From the NCBI GenBank assembly GCA_015064725.1, contig SVRQ01000002.1:17972-81971 (forward strand): 64,000 nucleotides of DNA, in the 5' to 3' direction. The notes under the pieces are model-generated. The model was not told the origin of the DNA and ran no database searches. It was given only the letters and a program-made list of their open reading frames with translations. Source of the DNA: Oscillospiraceae bacterium (lineage in GTDB: Bacteria > Bacillota > Clostridia > Oscillospirales > CAG-272). This document shows, piece by piece, positions 1 to 9,248 of the stretch. Within the stretch, counting starts at the first letter, position 1, and each line of letters starts with the position of its first letter. The position numbers were made by a program, and so were the translations under genes.

Positions 1-285
1 GCGGGCGATTTCGGCCCCATATCCCGTCTTACCGTGGCGGAGGTCAAGGAAATGGGCAGATACCTGGGTCTTCCCGAAAAATTTATCGAAAAAGCCCCCT
101 CGGACGGTCTTTCCGGCAAAACGGATGAGGACAAGCTCGGTTTTACATACGCTATGCTTGATAAGTACATCCGCGAGGGTGTTATAGACGACGAAGAAAA
201 GAAAGCCAAAATAGACAGACTCCACGTTATCAATAAATTCAAGCTCGAAACGCTTCCCGTTTACGAGTTCGACCCCGCAGAATAA
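1..285 (+). CDS. nadE: NAD+ synthetase, C-terminal part (5' end outside the window)
   Basis: Frame open from base 1: GDFGPISRLTVAEV...LGLP..FIEKAPSDGLSGKTDEDKLGFTY matches the NadE C-terminal motifs (D..PI..L, K.PSDGL, TDE..LG..Y). Confidence 0.85.
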   Translation, partial: AGDFGPISRLTVAEVKEMGRYLGLPEKFIEKAPSDGLSGKTDEDKLGFTYAMLDKYIREGVIDDEEKKAKIDRLHVINKFKLETLPVYEFDPAE

Positions 286-305
286 ATTTTACGGAGAGTA
301 ACGAT

Positions 306-803
306 ATGTCACCTTTGAAACGCCCCGACAAGGAAAACTACTATCTTGATATAGCGCAGACCGTGGCGCAGAGAAGCACTTGCCTTCGCCGTGCGTTTGG
401 CGCAATTATTGTCAAAAACGATATAATAATATCGACAGGGTATAACGGAGCCCCCAGAGGACGCAAAAACTGTACGGATATAAATTTTTGTATGCGCGAC
501 CACCTCGGTATTCCGCGCGGAGAAAGATATGAGATGTGCCGTTCCGTCCACGCGGAGGCGAACGCGATAATCGCCGCCTCGCGTGATCAGATGCTCGGCG
601 CAACGCTCTATATGGCGTGTCTTGACGCTAAAACGGGAGAGCTTATGCCCGGGACCTGCTCTTGTATGATGTGCAAGCGTCAAGTGATCAATGCCGGCAT
701 CGAGCGCGTTATCGTGCGCGATACGCAGGAGAAATATTCCGTTTATAACGTAGCGGATTGGATAGAGAATGACGACAGCCTCAGCGGCAAGTTCGGATAT
801 TGA
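306..803 (+). CDS. dCMP deaminase / ComEB-like zinc-dependent deaminase
   Basis: RSTCLRR..GAIIV, STGYNGAP, HAEANA and CSCMMC zinc-binding deaminase motifs. Confidence 0.85.
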   Translation: MSPLKRPDKENYYLDIAQTVAQRSTCLRRAFGAIIVKNDIIISTGYNGAPRGRKNCTDINFCMRDHLGIPRGERYEMCRSVHAEANAIIAASRDQMLGATLYMACLDAKTGELMPGTCSCMMCKRQVINAGIERVIVRDTQEKYSVYNVADWIENDDSLSGKFGY

Positions 804-826
804 CGCGAAGCGTATTAAAACGAAAT

Positions 827-1019
827 AAAACCGCCATAATAATGCAATGTCATTAAGTTAACAAAAGAAAAGGCTCTCCCTTGGGGAGAGCACCCGGCGT
901 AGGAGGGTGAGAGGGCGATATTCCTATGGTAAGCGCCCTCTCCGTCACGCTTCTCGTGCCACCTCCCCCAAAAAGGGGGGAGGTTTAACTTAAATGCTAC
1001 GCATAATAATGGCGGTTTT
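827..1019. repeat. Inverted pair of RIME/REP-like units inside a long imperfect palindrome
   Basis: ggctctcccttggggagag...gtgagaggg (871-915) faces ccctctccgtc...ccacctcccccaaaaaggggggagg (936-983). Flanks cattaagttaa/ttaacttaaatg and aaaaccgccat/atggcggtttt are also inverted. Confidence 0.7.
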
Positions 1020-1037
1020 CTTTCAGGAAAGAGCACC

Positions 1038-1364
1038 TCAGTCTGCAAATGCTTCTATATACTCATCCTTGTAAGAGTTGGGGTGGGGTATCACGCCGTC
1101 CTCAATATCTTTGAGATATTTGAAGTAAGCACCGATAACCGTATCTTCAAGCGTTATGCGCATAGCCGAGTTGATGGGATGGACGATATCGCGGTATGTG
1201 CCGTCGGGATTTTTTCTTGAGGGCATAACAACGAAGAATTTGTCCCTTGCGTTGATGACCTTAACGTCATGAAGCGCGAGCATATTATCGAACGTGATGG
1301 ATACAACTGCTTTCATAGGACCTTCGTCAAAAATTTTTCTGATTTTTACATCTGTGATCTGCAT
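1038..1364 (-). CDS. spoVG: SpoVG family regulator
   Basis: MQITDVKIRK..., KAVVSITFD, HDVKVI, FVVMPSRK..DGTYRDIVHPI. Confidence 0.93.
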   Translation of the reverse strand: MQITDVKIRKIFDEGPMKAVVSITFDNMLALHDVKVINARDKFFVVMPSRKNPDGTYRDIVHPINSAMRITLEDTVIGAYFKYLKDIEDGVIPHPNSYKDEYIEAFAD

Positions 1365-1540
1365 TTGTGTTTTCTCCTTGAAATTGTTTATTTTTCATTG
1401 TTTGGCTATATTTTACTACCTAATTGTGAACTTTATTCAAATGAATGGTTAGTAAATTTTAAATTTTTTTAAACATATGTGTGATTTTTGCGTTACATAT
1501 ATGTTAACGGTACATTTTTTTATAAAAAAGAGGTTTCAAT

Positions 1541-2914
1541 ATGTCTTTTGAAAAAACAACCGTTCTGCCGCAGGACGTGCGCACTTTCTTTTTTGTCGGC
1601 ATCGGCGGAATAAGTATGTCTAGCATCGCTTTCGTGCTTGCATCCAAGGGATACACGGTGCGCGGCTCGGACAGAACGGAAAGCGATATGACGCAAAGGC
1701 TGCGCGATGCGGGCATAGAGGTATTTATAGGGCACGATGCAGCGCACGTAGAGGGCGCGGACGTCATCATATACACGGGTGCTGTGAATGAGCAGAATCC
1801 GGAGATAGCGGAAGCAAAGAAACGCGGCATACCGCTTGTTTACCGTGCAGATGCCATCGGCTATCTTATGCAGAAATACAAAACGCGCATAGGTGTTTCC
1901 GGCTCCCACGGTAAATCCACCTGCACGGCGATGATCTCTCACATTCTTATCGCATCGGGAAAGGACCCCACGGTCATGTGCGGCGCGCAGACCGCGGAGA
2001 TGGGCGGCGCGTACCGCGTCGGCAAAAGGGAAGATTTCGTTTTCGAGGCTTGCGAATATAAGGATTCGTTCCTCGGCTTTTTCCCCTCCGTTTCCGTTGT
2101 GCTGAATATAGACCTGGACCACACGGATTATTTCACGGGCGGACTTGAACAGATAAAGGAGTCCTTCCGCCAATACGCATTGCTCGCCTTCGCGCAGGAG
2201 GAGCCGCTTGTGGTCTCCAATGCGGACGACGGAAACACGGCGCGTGCGCTCTTCGGCGTTGAAAAAACGACCTTCGGTATAGTGAATGATGCGGATTTTT
2301 GCGCCGTTAACATTACCTATAACAACGGCTGCGCAGAGTTCGATATTGCAAGAAAAGGAGAGTTTTTTTGCCACGCCGCGCTCAGCGTGCCTGGCAGGCA
2401 CAACGTGTATAACGCGCTTGCAGCGGCGGTTGCTTGCTTCCACGCGGGTGTCCTTCCTGCCGATATCGGAAAATATCTTTCCGATTTTGCGGGTCTTGCC
2501 AGAAGATTTGAGAAAAAAGGAAGCGTGAACGGGGCAGACGTGTATATAGATTACGCGCACCACCCAAGGGAGATCGTTTCCTCCATAGCCGCGGCAAAAA
2601 AAATGACGCAGGGCAGGGTGATCTGCGTTTTCGAGCCGCATACCTATTCGCGCGCGTCTGCGCTGTTTTCGGAGTTTGCCGCGTCCTTTGCAGACTCGGA
2701 TAAGACGTTTTTCGTCGATATTTATGCCGCGCGAGAGGTGAACACATACGGCGTTTCCTCCGCACAGCTTGCAGAAGCAACGGACGGCGGAGAATACACC
2801 CCCTCCTATGAGGATGCCGCGCGCAGACTGCGCGAGTATGCAAGAAAAGGCGATACGGTGCTTATACTCGGCGCGGGAACGGTGACCGAGGTGGCATCGA
2901 TGCTTGCTTGTTAA
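1541..2914 (+). CDS. murC: UDP-N-acetylmuramate--L-alanine ligase
   Basis: GIGGISMS, GSHGKST P-loop, FEACEY, DLDHTDY, DYAHHP, FEPHTYSR. Confidence 0.93.
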   Translation: MSFEKTTVLPQDVRTFFFVGIGGISMSSIAFVLASKGYTVRGSDRTESDMTQRLRDAGIEVFIGHDAAHVEGADVIIYTGAVNEQNPEIAEAKKRGIPLVYRADAIGYLMQKYKTRIGVSGSHGKSTCTAMISHILIASGKDPTVMCGAQTAEMGGAYRVGKREDFVFEACEYKDSFLGFFPSVSVVLNIDLDHTDYFTGGLEQIKESFRQYALLAFAQEEPLVVSNADDGNTARALFGVEKTTFGIVNDADFCAVNITYNNGCAEFDIARKGEFFCHAALSVPGRHNVYNALAAAVACFHAGVLPADIGKYLSDFAGLARRFEKKGSVNGADVYIDYAHHPREIVSSIAAAKKMTQGRVICVFEPHTYSRASALFSEFAASFADSDKTFFVDIYAAREVNTYGVSSAQLAEATDGGEYTPSYEDAARRLREYARKGDTVLILGAGTVTEVASMLAC

Positions 2915-2985
2915 GTTCTTCTGAAAATTTATGCAGTCAAAAGCGCAATTTTTGCGCTTTTGACGAATATTTTTGCAATTTTATG

Positions 2986-3014
2986 TTGACAAATCAGCAC
3001 AGTTAAACTATAAT
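2986..3014 (+). promoter_or_regulatory. Sigma-A type promoter of the amino acid ABC operon
   Basis: TTGACA-17 nt-TATAAT, a perfect consensus, downstream of the murC palindrome gtcaaaagcgcaa/ttgcgcttttgac. Confidence 0.7.
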
Positions 3015-3062
3015 TACACATACTATCCTATTTAAAATTATATATTACGGAGGAAATAGAAA

Positions 3063-3920
3063 ATGAAAAAAATCATTAGCATTGTTCTCGCAGCAGCTCT
3101 TATGCTCTGCACACTTTTCGCTCTCGCTTCCTGCGGCGGCGCAAACTATAAGGTAGGCGTTCAGTCCGGTACAACAGGCTGGAGCTTTATGTCCGGTGAC
3201 GCTGACTGGGGCTTTACAGGCTTCCCCACGATCGACGTTGCTTCCTATGACAACGGTTCTCTTGCTGTTTCTGCTCTTAAAGCAGGCAACGTTGACTTCG
3301 TTGTAATCGACGCAGACGTTGCAAAGGCTCTCGTTGCTGAAAACGCCGGCACAAAGGTTATCGACATCGCTCTTACAACAGAATCCTACGGTATTGCTGT
3401 TGACAAGAAGCAGACAGAGCTTCTTGCAAGCATCAACGGTGTTCTCGCTTCCAAAAAAGCTGAGATCGACGCTATCTTCACAAAATATGCAAACGTTGAC
3501 GACAGCAACGCTGCAAACTGGACAGGTGACGTTATCCCCGCCGGTACATACGATTCTTCCAAGAACCAGCTCGTTGTTGCTACAAACGCAGCATTCGCTC
3601 CCTTTGAATTTACTGTAGGTAACGGCTTTGCAGGTATCGATATGGAGATCGCTAAGCTCGTTGCAGACGAACTCGGTATGGAGCTCGTTATCAAGGATAT
3701 GGACTTCGATGCTATCACAACATCTCTCGGTGTAAACGGCATTGACGTTGGTATTGCAGCTATGACAATCAACCCTGCACGTCAGGAAGTTGTAAACTTC
3801 TCCGATTCCTACTACACAGACGCTTACCAGGTTATCATCGTTAAAGAAGGCGATACAACGTTTGACGCTTGCAAGACAACGGAAGACGTTCTCAAGACCT
3901 TCGACACTCTTTCCAAATAA
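3063..3920 (+). CDS. Polar amino acid ABC transporter substrate-binding lipoprotein (family 3), circularly permuted
   Basis: Lipobox LASC. Family-3 motifs KVGVQSGTTG, ESYGIAV, VATNAAFAPFEF, GIDMEIA and VNFSDSYY are present, with the two halves in swapped order. Confidence 0.85.
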   Translation: MKKIISIVLAAALMLCTLFALASCGGANYKVGVQSGTTGWSFMSGDADWGFTGFPTIDVASYDNGSLAVSALKAGNVDFVVIDADVAKALVAENAGTKVIDIALTTESYGIAVDKKQTELLASINGVLASKKAEIDAIFTKYANVDDSNAANWTGDVIPAGTYDSSKNQLVVATNAAFAPFEFTVGNGFAGIDMEIAKLVADELGMELVIKDMDFDAITTSLGVNGIDVGIAAMTINPARQEVVNFSDSYYTDAYQVIIVKEGDTTFDACKTTEDVLKTFDTLSK

Positions 3921-4621
3921 TGCAAAAAGAGTGGGAATTATTTTACAGAAAATTCATAACGTACGGCGGTTATGAAAACGTATTGAACGGTCTTTGGATC
4001 ACGGTTCAGATAGCCGTCCTCGGTCTTGTTATCGGTATCCTCATCGGTATGGTCATTGCCGTTATCAAGATGATACCCAAAAACAGGACTGCTCCGAAGA
4101 TATTCTCGTTCATATGCGATATATACATAGGCTTCTTCCGCGGAACGCCTATCGTGGTTCAGCTTCTTATCGGTTATTTCGTACTTATGCCCGCACTCGG
4201 ACTTAACCTTCCGAACGTAGCGGTTGCCATTGCCGTTTTCGGTATGAACAGCGGCGCGTACGTTTCCGAAATTATGCGAAGCGGTATTCAGGCGGTCGAT
4301 CCCGGTCAGCTGGAGGCTGCCCGTGCGCTCGGTCTTAATTACCCCACGTCTATGATAAAGGTAGTTATCCCCCAGGCTGTTAAGAATATTATGCCTACGC
4401 TCGGTAACGAATTTATCTCCCTTATTAAAGAAACGTCCGTTGTAAGCTTTATCGCCATCGTTGACCTTACAAAGGCCTTCAGACAGATAGGCGACTCCAA
4501 CTACGAGTACATAATCCCGTATCTTATGCTTGCGGCCGTTTACCTTGTGATAGTTTATATCATCTCCCAACTTGTCAAACTCCTTGAAAGGAGGCTGAAA
4601 AAAGTTGATAGAAATAGTTAA
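3920..4621 (+). CDS. Polar amino acid ABC transporter permease (His/Glu/Gln/Arg/opine family)
   Basis: [50 protein letters not shown] overlaps the upstream stop (TAATG). Confidence 0.92.
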   Translation: MQKEWELFYRKFITYGGYENVLNGLWITVQIAVLGLVIGILIGMVIAVIKMIPKNRTAPKIFSFICDIYIGFFRGTPIVVQLLIGYFVLMPALGLNLPNVAVAIAVFGMNSGAYVSEIMRSGIQAVDPGQLEAARALGLNYPTSMIKVVIPQAVKNIMPTLGNEFISLIKETSVVSFIAIVDLTKAFRQIGDSNYEYIIPYLMLAAVYLVIVYIISQLVKLLERRLKKVDRNS

Positions 4622-5534
4622 TCTTACAAAGCAGTACGGCGACCACGTTGTTCTCAACAACATTTCCGCGACTATTGCGGACGGCGAAAAGGTTGCCATA
4701 GTAGGTCCTTCCGGCGGCGGTAAGAGCACGCTTTTGCGTTGCCTTAACTGTATGGAAGAGCCCACAAGCGGCGAGGTTCACTTCGACGGAAAGCTCGTTT
4801 CGGACCTTGACCCGTATCTTCACGATGAGCTTATCGTTGCTTCAAAAACCTTTAAAAAGGTTTTTGCCAAGATCGTTCTTGAAAATCCCGCACTTACCGA
4901 GGATGAAGCAAGAAGCGCCGCTGTATTTAAGATAAAAGCAGAAAAGCTTCTTCGCAAAAACGAAGGCTCTGCTTTCAAAAAGGAATTCAAACGCATTGAA
5001 AAGGAGATCGCCATAGACCTCAATATCGCCCGCCGCGATATCGGTATGGTGTTCCAGCACTTTAACCTTTTCAATAACCTTACGGTTATGGAAAACCTCA
5101 CGCTCGCTCCCGTTCACCTCAAGCTCAAAACGAAAGAGGAAGCGGAAGCAAAGGCAACGGAGCTTTTGCACCGTATAGGTCTTTACGATAAAAAAGATGC
5201 GTATCCCTCCACCCTTTCGGGCGGTCAGAAGCAGCGTATCGCCATCATCCGTGCGCTTGCTATGAATCCGAAGGTAATGCTCTTTGACGAACCGACGAGC
5301 GCGCTCGACCCCGAAATGGTAGGCGAGGTTCTCGATCTTATCAAGCAGCTTGCGGACGAGGGTATGACGATGGTCATCGTAACTCACGAAATGGGATTTG
5401 CACGCGAGGTTGCAACGAGAATGCTTTTCGTTGCGGACGGCGACATCCGCGAAAGCGCGCCCCCCGCAGAGTTCTTCGACTCTCCCAAGCATCCCAGACT
5501 TAAAGAGTTCCTTTCCAAGGTTATAAAGAACTAA
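4605..5534 (+). CDS. Polar amino acid ABC transporter ATP-binding protein (GlnQ-like) with internal insertion
   Basis: [48 protein letters not shown] start after aggagg. Confidence 0.92.
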   Translation: MIEIVNLTKQYGDHVVLNNISATIADGEKVAIVGPSGGGKSTLLRCLNCMEEPTSGEVHFDGKLVSDLDPYLHDELIVASKTFKKVFAKIVLENPALTEDEARSAAVFKIKAEKLLRKNEGSAFKKEFKRIEKEIAIDLNIARRDIGMVFQHFNLFNNLTVMENLTLAPVHLKLKTKEEAEAKATELLHRIGLYDKKDAYPSTLSGGQKQRIAIIRALAMNPKVMLFDEPTSALDPEMVGEVLDLIKQLADEGMTMVIVTHEMGFAREVATRMLFVADGDIRESAPPAEFFDSPKHPRLKEFLSKVIKN

Positions 5535-5536
5535 GA

Positions 5537-5566
5537 AAAAACCGCTCGAAAGAGCGGTTTTCTTTT
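5537..5566 (+). terminator. Intrinsic terminator of the ABC operon
   Basis: aaaaccgctc-gaaa-gagcggtttt followed by a T-rich tract. Confidence 0.75.
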
Positions 5567-5582
5567 GTTTTAACTGTAATTA

Positions 5583-5628
5583 GCCTTCCCCTCCGGGGAG
5601 GGGGGAGCGCTTTGCGGTGGATGAGGTG
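5583..5628. repeat. RIME/REP-like unit
   Basis: gccttcccctccggggagggggga..gcggtggatgagg, similar to the copies at 871, 31051 and 44991. Confidence 0.6.
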
Positions 5629-5735
5629 AAGAAAAAATGTTAAAATTCGCAGAGTTTTAAATAAAGAGGTAAAAACGCCCAAGCGTTTTTAAGAGGAGTT
5701 AAAACGCTTTGCGTTTTAACAAATTTATTTTATAC

Positions 5736-6160
5736 CGCTTTTTCTTGTTTAAAGAAAAAGCTCGCAAAAAGATAAAAAACCGTTCCGGTTTATCGTTATC
5801 GAAAAGTTAAATGGTTCGGTATCGGCTACCGCACATTTTTCACTCGCAAGCTCGCAAAAAACGCACGGAATCCCGCCGAGGTCATTTGCTCTGCTGCTTT
5901 TAACTGAGCGCGTGATAACAAAGAGATAGTTTTGATTAAAAATATCACGCGGCTTTACAAAACTCAGAACTTGCTTCCCTACGTTCGAGTTGAGCGCAAA
6001 TACATCGACTATTGAAGTGAATTTTTTTCGCAAACTGCACGTCGATGTGTGCAGCGCGATTGTTTGAGAACGATATATAAACCCCAAGTCAGAACAAGCG
6101 GATAAAGCGAAGGGCTTTTTGCTTCTTTTTGTCACTTTTTCTTTCAAAAAGAAAAAGTGA
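5736..6160. mobile_element. Putative non-autonomous element or structured non-coding region with ~60 bp imperfect terminal inverted repeats
   Basis: Left end cgctttttcttgtttaaagaaaaagctcgcaaaaag resembles the reverse complement of the right end (cactttttctttttgaaagaaaaagtgacaaaaag). Internal stems cgcgtgata/tatcacgcg and acatcgac/gtcgatgt. Confidence 0.45.
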
Positions 6161-6239
6161 GTATAATAAATATTTTTGTTAAAATACAACGTGTTTTAAC
6201 GCAAAAAAACAAGACCTTCGGGGTCTTGTTTTTGCGGTT

Positions 6240-7520
6240 TTATTCCATAAAGTCCATTATATCAAGACCCATCATAGGCATAAGTCTTGTTATAAGCAAG
6301 CGATAGCGCATATAGCTGTGGTAACGGAGAGCGTTTTCAAGAAGCTCCTCTCCAACGTTAACTTCTTCGGGCGTGGTTGCAGCACCCGCTGCTTTCATAA
6401 GCTTCATAAGATGCTCGTCCGAGGGAAGTGTTTCAAGTATTATCTTGCGTATTTCGGGCCAGAGTGCCTTGAGCTTTTCGGGGTCAACCTTATCCGTGAT
6501 GGTGGGGGAGTTGACTCTCTTTACGTCCGCGTGCATACATTCATCGTATTTGGAGTAAACAACGTCCCAATCCGTGGGGTCTTTCGTGGGGTTTATCTCC
6601 TCCACGCGCTCTGCAAGGTTGCGGTATGCGCGGTTGAGAAGTACCGTGACAACGCCAACTTTTTTGCCGTGGAATTCGGGCCAAATGCCGCGGTTTACCT
6701 TGTAACATTCAAGGTAGTGGGAAACAACGTGCTCCGCACCGGAAGCAGGACGGGAGCATCCCGCAAGCTTCATTGCAAGGCCTGTGAGAACGAGGGATTC
6801 CATAACCGCGCCCGCGGCTTCCTCGCTGTTTTCGCAGATCTTGTCCGCAAGGGCAGAGATCTTTTCAACGGCTTCCTTTGTGATGGCGGCTACGTTTTCG
6901 CAGTAATATTCGCCGATAAGCAGATTTGCTATCTTCCATTCCGCAAGACCTACGTATTTTGCGACCATATCGCCAAAGCCGGAGGCTTTAAGCTCTGCGG
7001 GGGAGGCGGCAAGCACCTTTGTATCGCCAATGATAACAAGCGGCTGTTCCGCCTGCCAGGATTCTTTGAAATTATTTTTGATGATGGGTGCTGTATCGGA
7101 AGCAAAGCCGTCCATACTGGGCGCGGTTGCGAAGATACAGAACTTTTTGTCCGCCTGATATGCCGTTACGCGGCAGATATCGTTGAGCGAGCCAGTGCCG
7201 ACGGAGATGATGCCCTTCACATCCTTGGAAAGCTCAAGAAGCTCTTCCACCTGCTCCGCACGCGCGTACATAAGGTTGTCGTAGATTTTTTCTTTAACGG
7301 CAAAGCCTGCCTCGTGAAGGCTTTCGCGCACGCCGCTTGCCGCGGATATCGTGTTTTCGTCCGCAACGAGAAGAAGCTCGTCCTCAAAGCCGTTGTCACG
7401 CAGTATCTTACCCGTGTTCTTTGTAATTCCGCTGCCTATTTCTATGGCTTTGGTGAAAAATGTATGTTTTTTGCCGCAGGGGCAGTTTTCGAGTTTGGAA
7501 AGAATTTTGTTAAGATCCAT
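6240..7520 (-). CDS. sn-glycerol-1-phosphate dehydrogenase family (AraM/EgsA-like)
   Basis: VGTGSLNDICR, TAPSMDGFAS, SGFGDMVAK, SRPASGAEHVVSH, HGKKVG. Confidence 0.85.
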   Translation of the reverse strand: MDLNKILSKLENCPCGKKHTFFTKAIEIGSGITKNTGKILRDNGFEDELLLVADENTISAASGVRESLHEAGFAVKEKIYDNLMYARAEQVEELLELSKDVKGIISVGTGSLNDICRVTAYQADKKFCIFATAPSMDGFASDTAPIIKNNFKESWQAEQPLVIIGDTKVLAASPAELKASGFGDMVAKYVGLAEWKIANLLIGEYYCENVAAITKEAVEKISALADKICENSEEAAGAVMESLVLTGLAMKLAGCSRPASGAEHVVSHYLECYKVNRGIWPEFHGKKVGVVTVLLNRAYRNLAERVEEINPTKDPTDWDVVYSKYDECMHADVKRVNSPTITDKVDPEKLKALWPEIRKIILETLPSDEHLMKLMKAAGAATTPEEVNVGEELLENALRYHSYMRYRLLITRLMPMMGLDIMDFME

Positions 7521-7679
7521 AAAAATCACCCTCAATTTAAGTTTCTATAATAAAAGTGTACTTTAAAAACGGCAACTTGTCAAGCAAATGTAAACAAAAT
7601 TAACTTTCTTTCTTTTCCTATTGTGTTTTGTGTATTTTTATGATAAAATACAGCATAACGTTTTGAAAGGAGAAAGAAA

Positions 7680-8531
7680 ATGGTTTTTCGTGCAAAGCGT
7701 ACCTCGGAGAATATGGCGCTTGCGCTTTTTTGCGCCGTTATCCTTTATTTTATACACGGTTTTATGAGCGAAATATCCTTCGGAGCGATAGAGGATAAGC
7801 TTATATCCCTCGTCTTCGCGGCAATGCGTCTGCTGATCCCGGTGCTTGTATTTACGGGATTGCAAAAAAATGCCCGATTCGAGAAAATATCGCTTGAGAG
7901 CTCGCCAAAGCAACCCGTTATATCCAATATAAGAATAACGTTTATCGGCTTTTCCGTTGTGTTCGTATTCGGCATTTTTTACGGAATGGCGTTTCCGTCT
8001 GCGGCAGTATCATATGCTTATACCGATCCGATCTCGATGATCTTGACGTTTGTGTCTGCCGTTGCCGTCCCTGCTTTCCTTGAGGAATATCTTTACAGAG
8101 AGCTTTTTTGCAGGGAGCTGACCGTTCACGGCAACCTTTTTGCTATTATCAGCTCGGCTCTTCTCTTCGGACTTATGCATTTTTCCTATTACTCTTTCCC
8201 GTATGCCTTTATATGCGGTCTTGTGATAGGCTTTGTGTATTTGAAGACCGGCTCCGTCAAATATACGATTGCGCTGCATTTTGCCCAAAATCTTTTTTCA
8301 TACGTCCTTTCCGTTATCGGCTCGCTCGTTGCCGGGGATATATACTTTAAAATACTTATGGGAACGGTCGTTGTCGTAAGTGCTGCGGCACTTCCGACGG
8401 TGTATTTCCTTATCCCGAGCAATTACGGAAAATTTACCGAAAAGGAATACGGAAACGTCACCTCCTCTGCGTTTCTCACGTTCCCGATGGTGATCCTCAT
8501 TGCCTGCATCCTTATACTTAATTTCATATGA
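7680..8531 (+). CDS. CPBP (Abi/CAAX) family intramembrane metalloprotease
   Basis: Multiple TM helices. EEYLYRE, SALLFGLMH and H...N motifs. Confidence 0.8.
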   Translation: MVFRAKRTSENMALALFCAVILYFIHGFMSEISFGAIEDKLISLVFAAMRLLIPVLVFTGLQKNARFEKISLESSPKQPVISNIRITFIGFSVVFVFGIFYGMAFPSAAVSYAYTDPISMILTFVSAVAVPAFLEEYLYRELFCRELTVHGNLFAIISSALLFGLMHFSYYSFPYAFICGLVIGFVYLKTGSVKYTIALHFAQNLFSYVLSVIGSLVAGDIYFKILMGTVVVVSAAALPTVYFLIPSNYGKFTEKEYGNVTSSAFLTFPMVILIACILILNFI

Positions 8532-9046
8532 CGGAAAAGGCTTTGGATGAACAGACCCTGAACCGTTTTATGGGTCTTGCCATAGAGGAGGCAAAAAAAT
8601 CTCTTGCGCTTGTGGAGGTGCCTGTCGGTGCCGTTGTCGTGTGCGAGGGAGAGGTGGTGTCTGCGGCGTACAACACCAGAGAAACGGAGAAAAACGCCGT
8701 AAATCACGCAGAGCTGCTTGCAATATCCGCCGCCTGCCAAAAGCTTGGCGGATGGCGTCTTCACAAATGCGACCTGTACGTGACCCTGGAGCCTTGCCCT
8801 ATGTGTGCGGGCGCGATAGTCAACTCCAGGATAAAGAGGGTCGTGTTCGGCGCGAAGGACCCGAAAAGCGGTGCTTTCGGCTCTGTTATCGATCTCAACG
8901 CGCATCCCTTCAATCATAAGCCCGAAATTATAAGCGGCGTGCGGGAAGAGGAATGTGCGGCGATGCTTTCGGATTTTTTCCGCGCCCTGAGGGAAAAAAA
9001 TAATTATGACAAAAAAATCCGAAATTCTGCACAGCACAAGGATTAA
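8528..9046 (+). CDS. tadA: tRNA adenosine(34) deaminase
   Basis: EVPVGAVVV, HAELLAI, WRL...DLYVTLEPCPMCAGAI, FGAKDPKSGA. Confidence 0.9.
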   Translation: MTEKALDEQTLNRFMGLAIEEAKKSLALVEVPVGAVVVCEGEVVSAAYNTRETEKNAVNHAELLAISAACQKLGGWRLHKCDLYVTLEPCPMCAGAIVNSRIKRVVFGAKDPKSGAFGSVIDLNAHPFNHKPEIISGVREEECAAMLSDFFRALREKNNYDKKIRNSAQHKD

Positions 9047-9248
9047 CTTGCATAAAAATGCAGTATGAAGTAAAAAACTGATGTAAAAAGGTTTTAAAAT
9101 ATACTTGAATTTTTAATACCCTTGTGTTATACTATGACTACGATTTAATAAAAATTTTCTTTTTTGATTTTTGTTTTGATACGAAACAAAAAAGAAGGAC
9201 GCTTTTGCGGTTTCCAACCCGCATAAAAAAATATTAAGGAGAGAAAAA

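Noticed and set aside
5749-6189. 146-aa minus-strand ORF in the intergenic element
   Set aside because: No RBS or recognisable motif. It runs through palindromic repeat DNA and is likely spurious.
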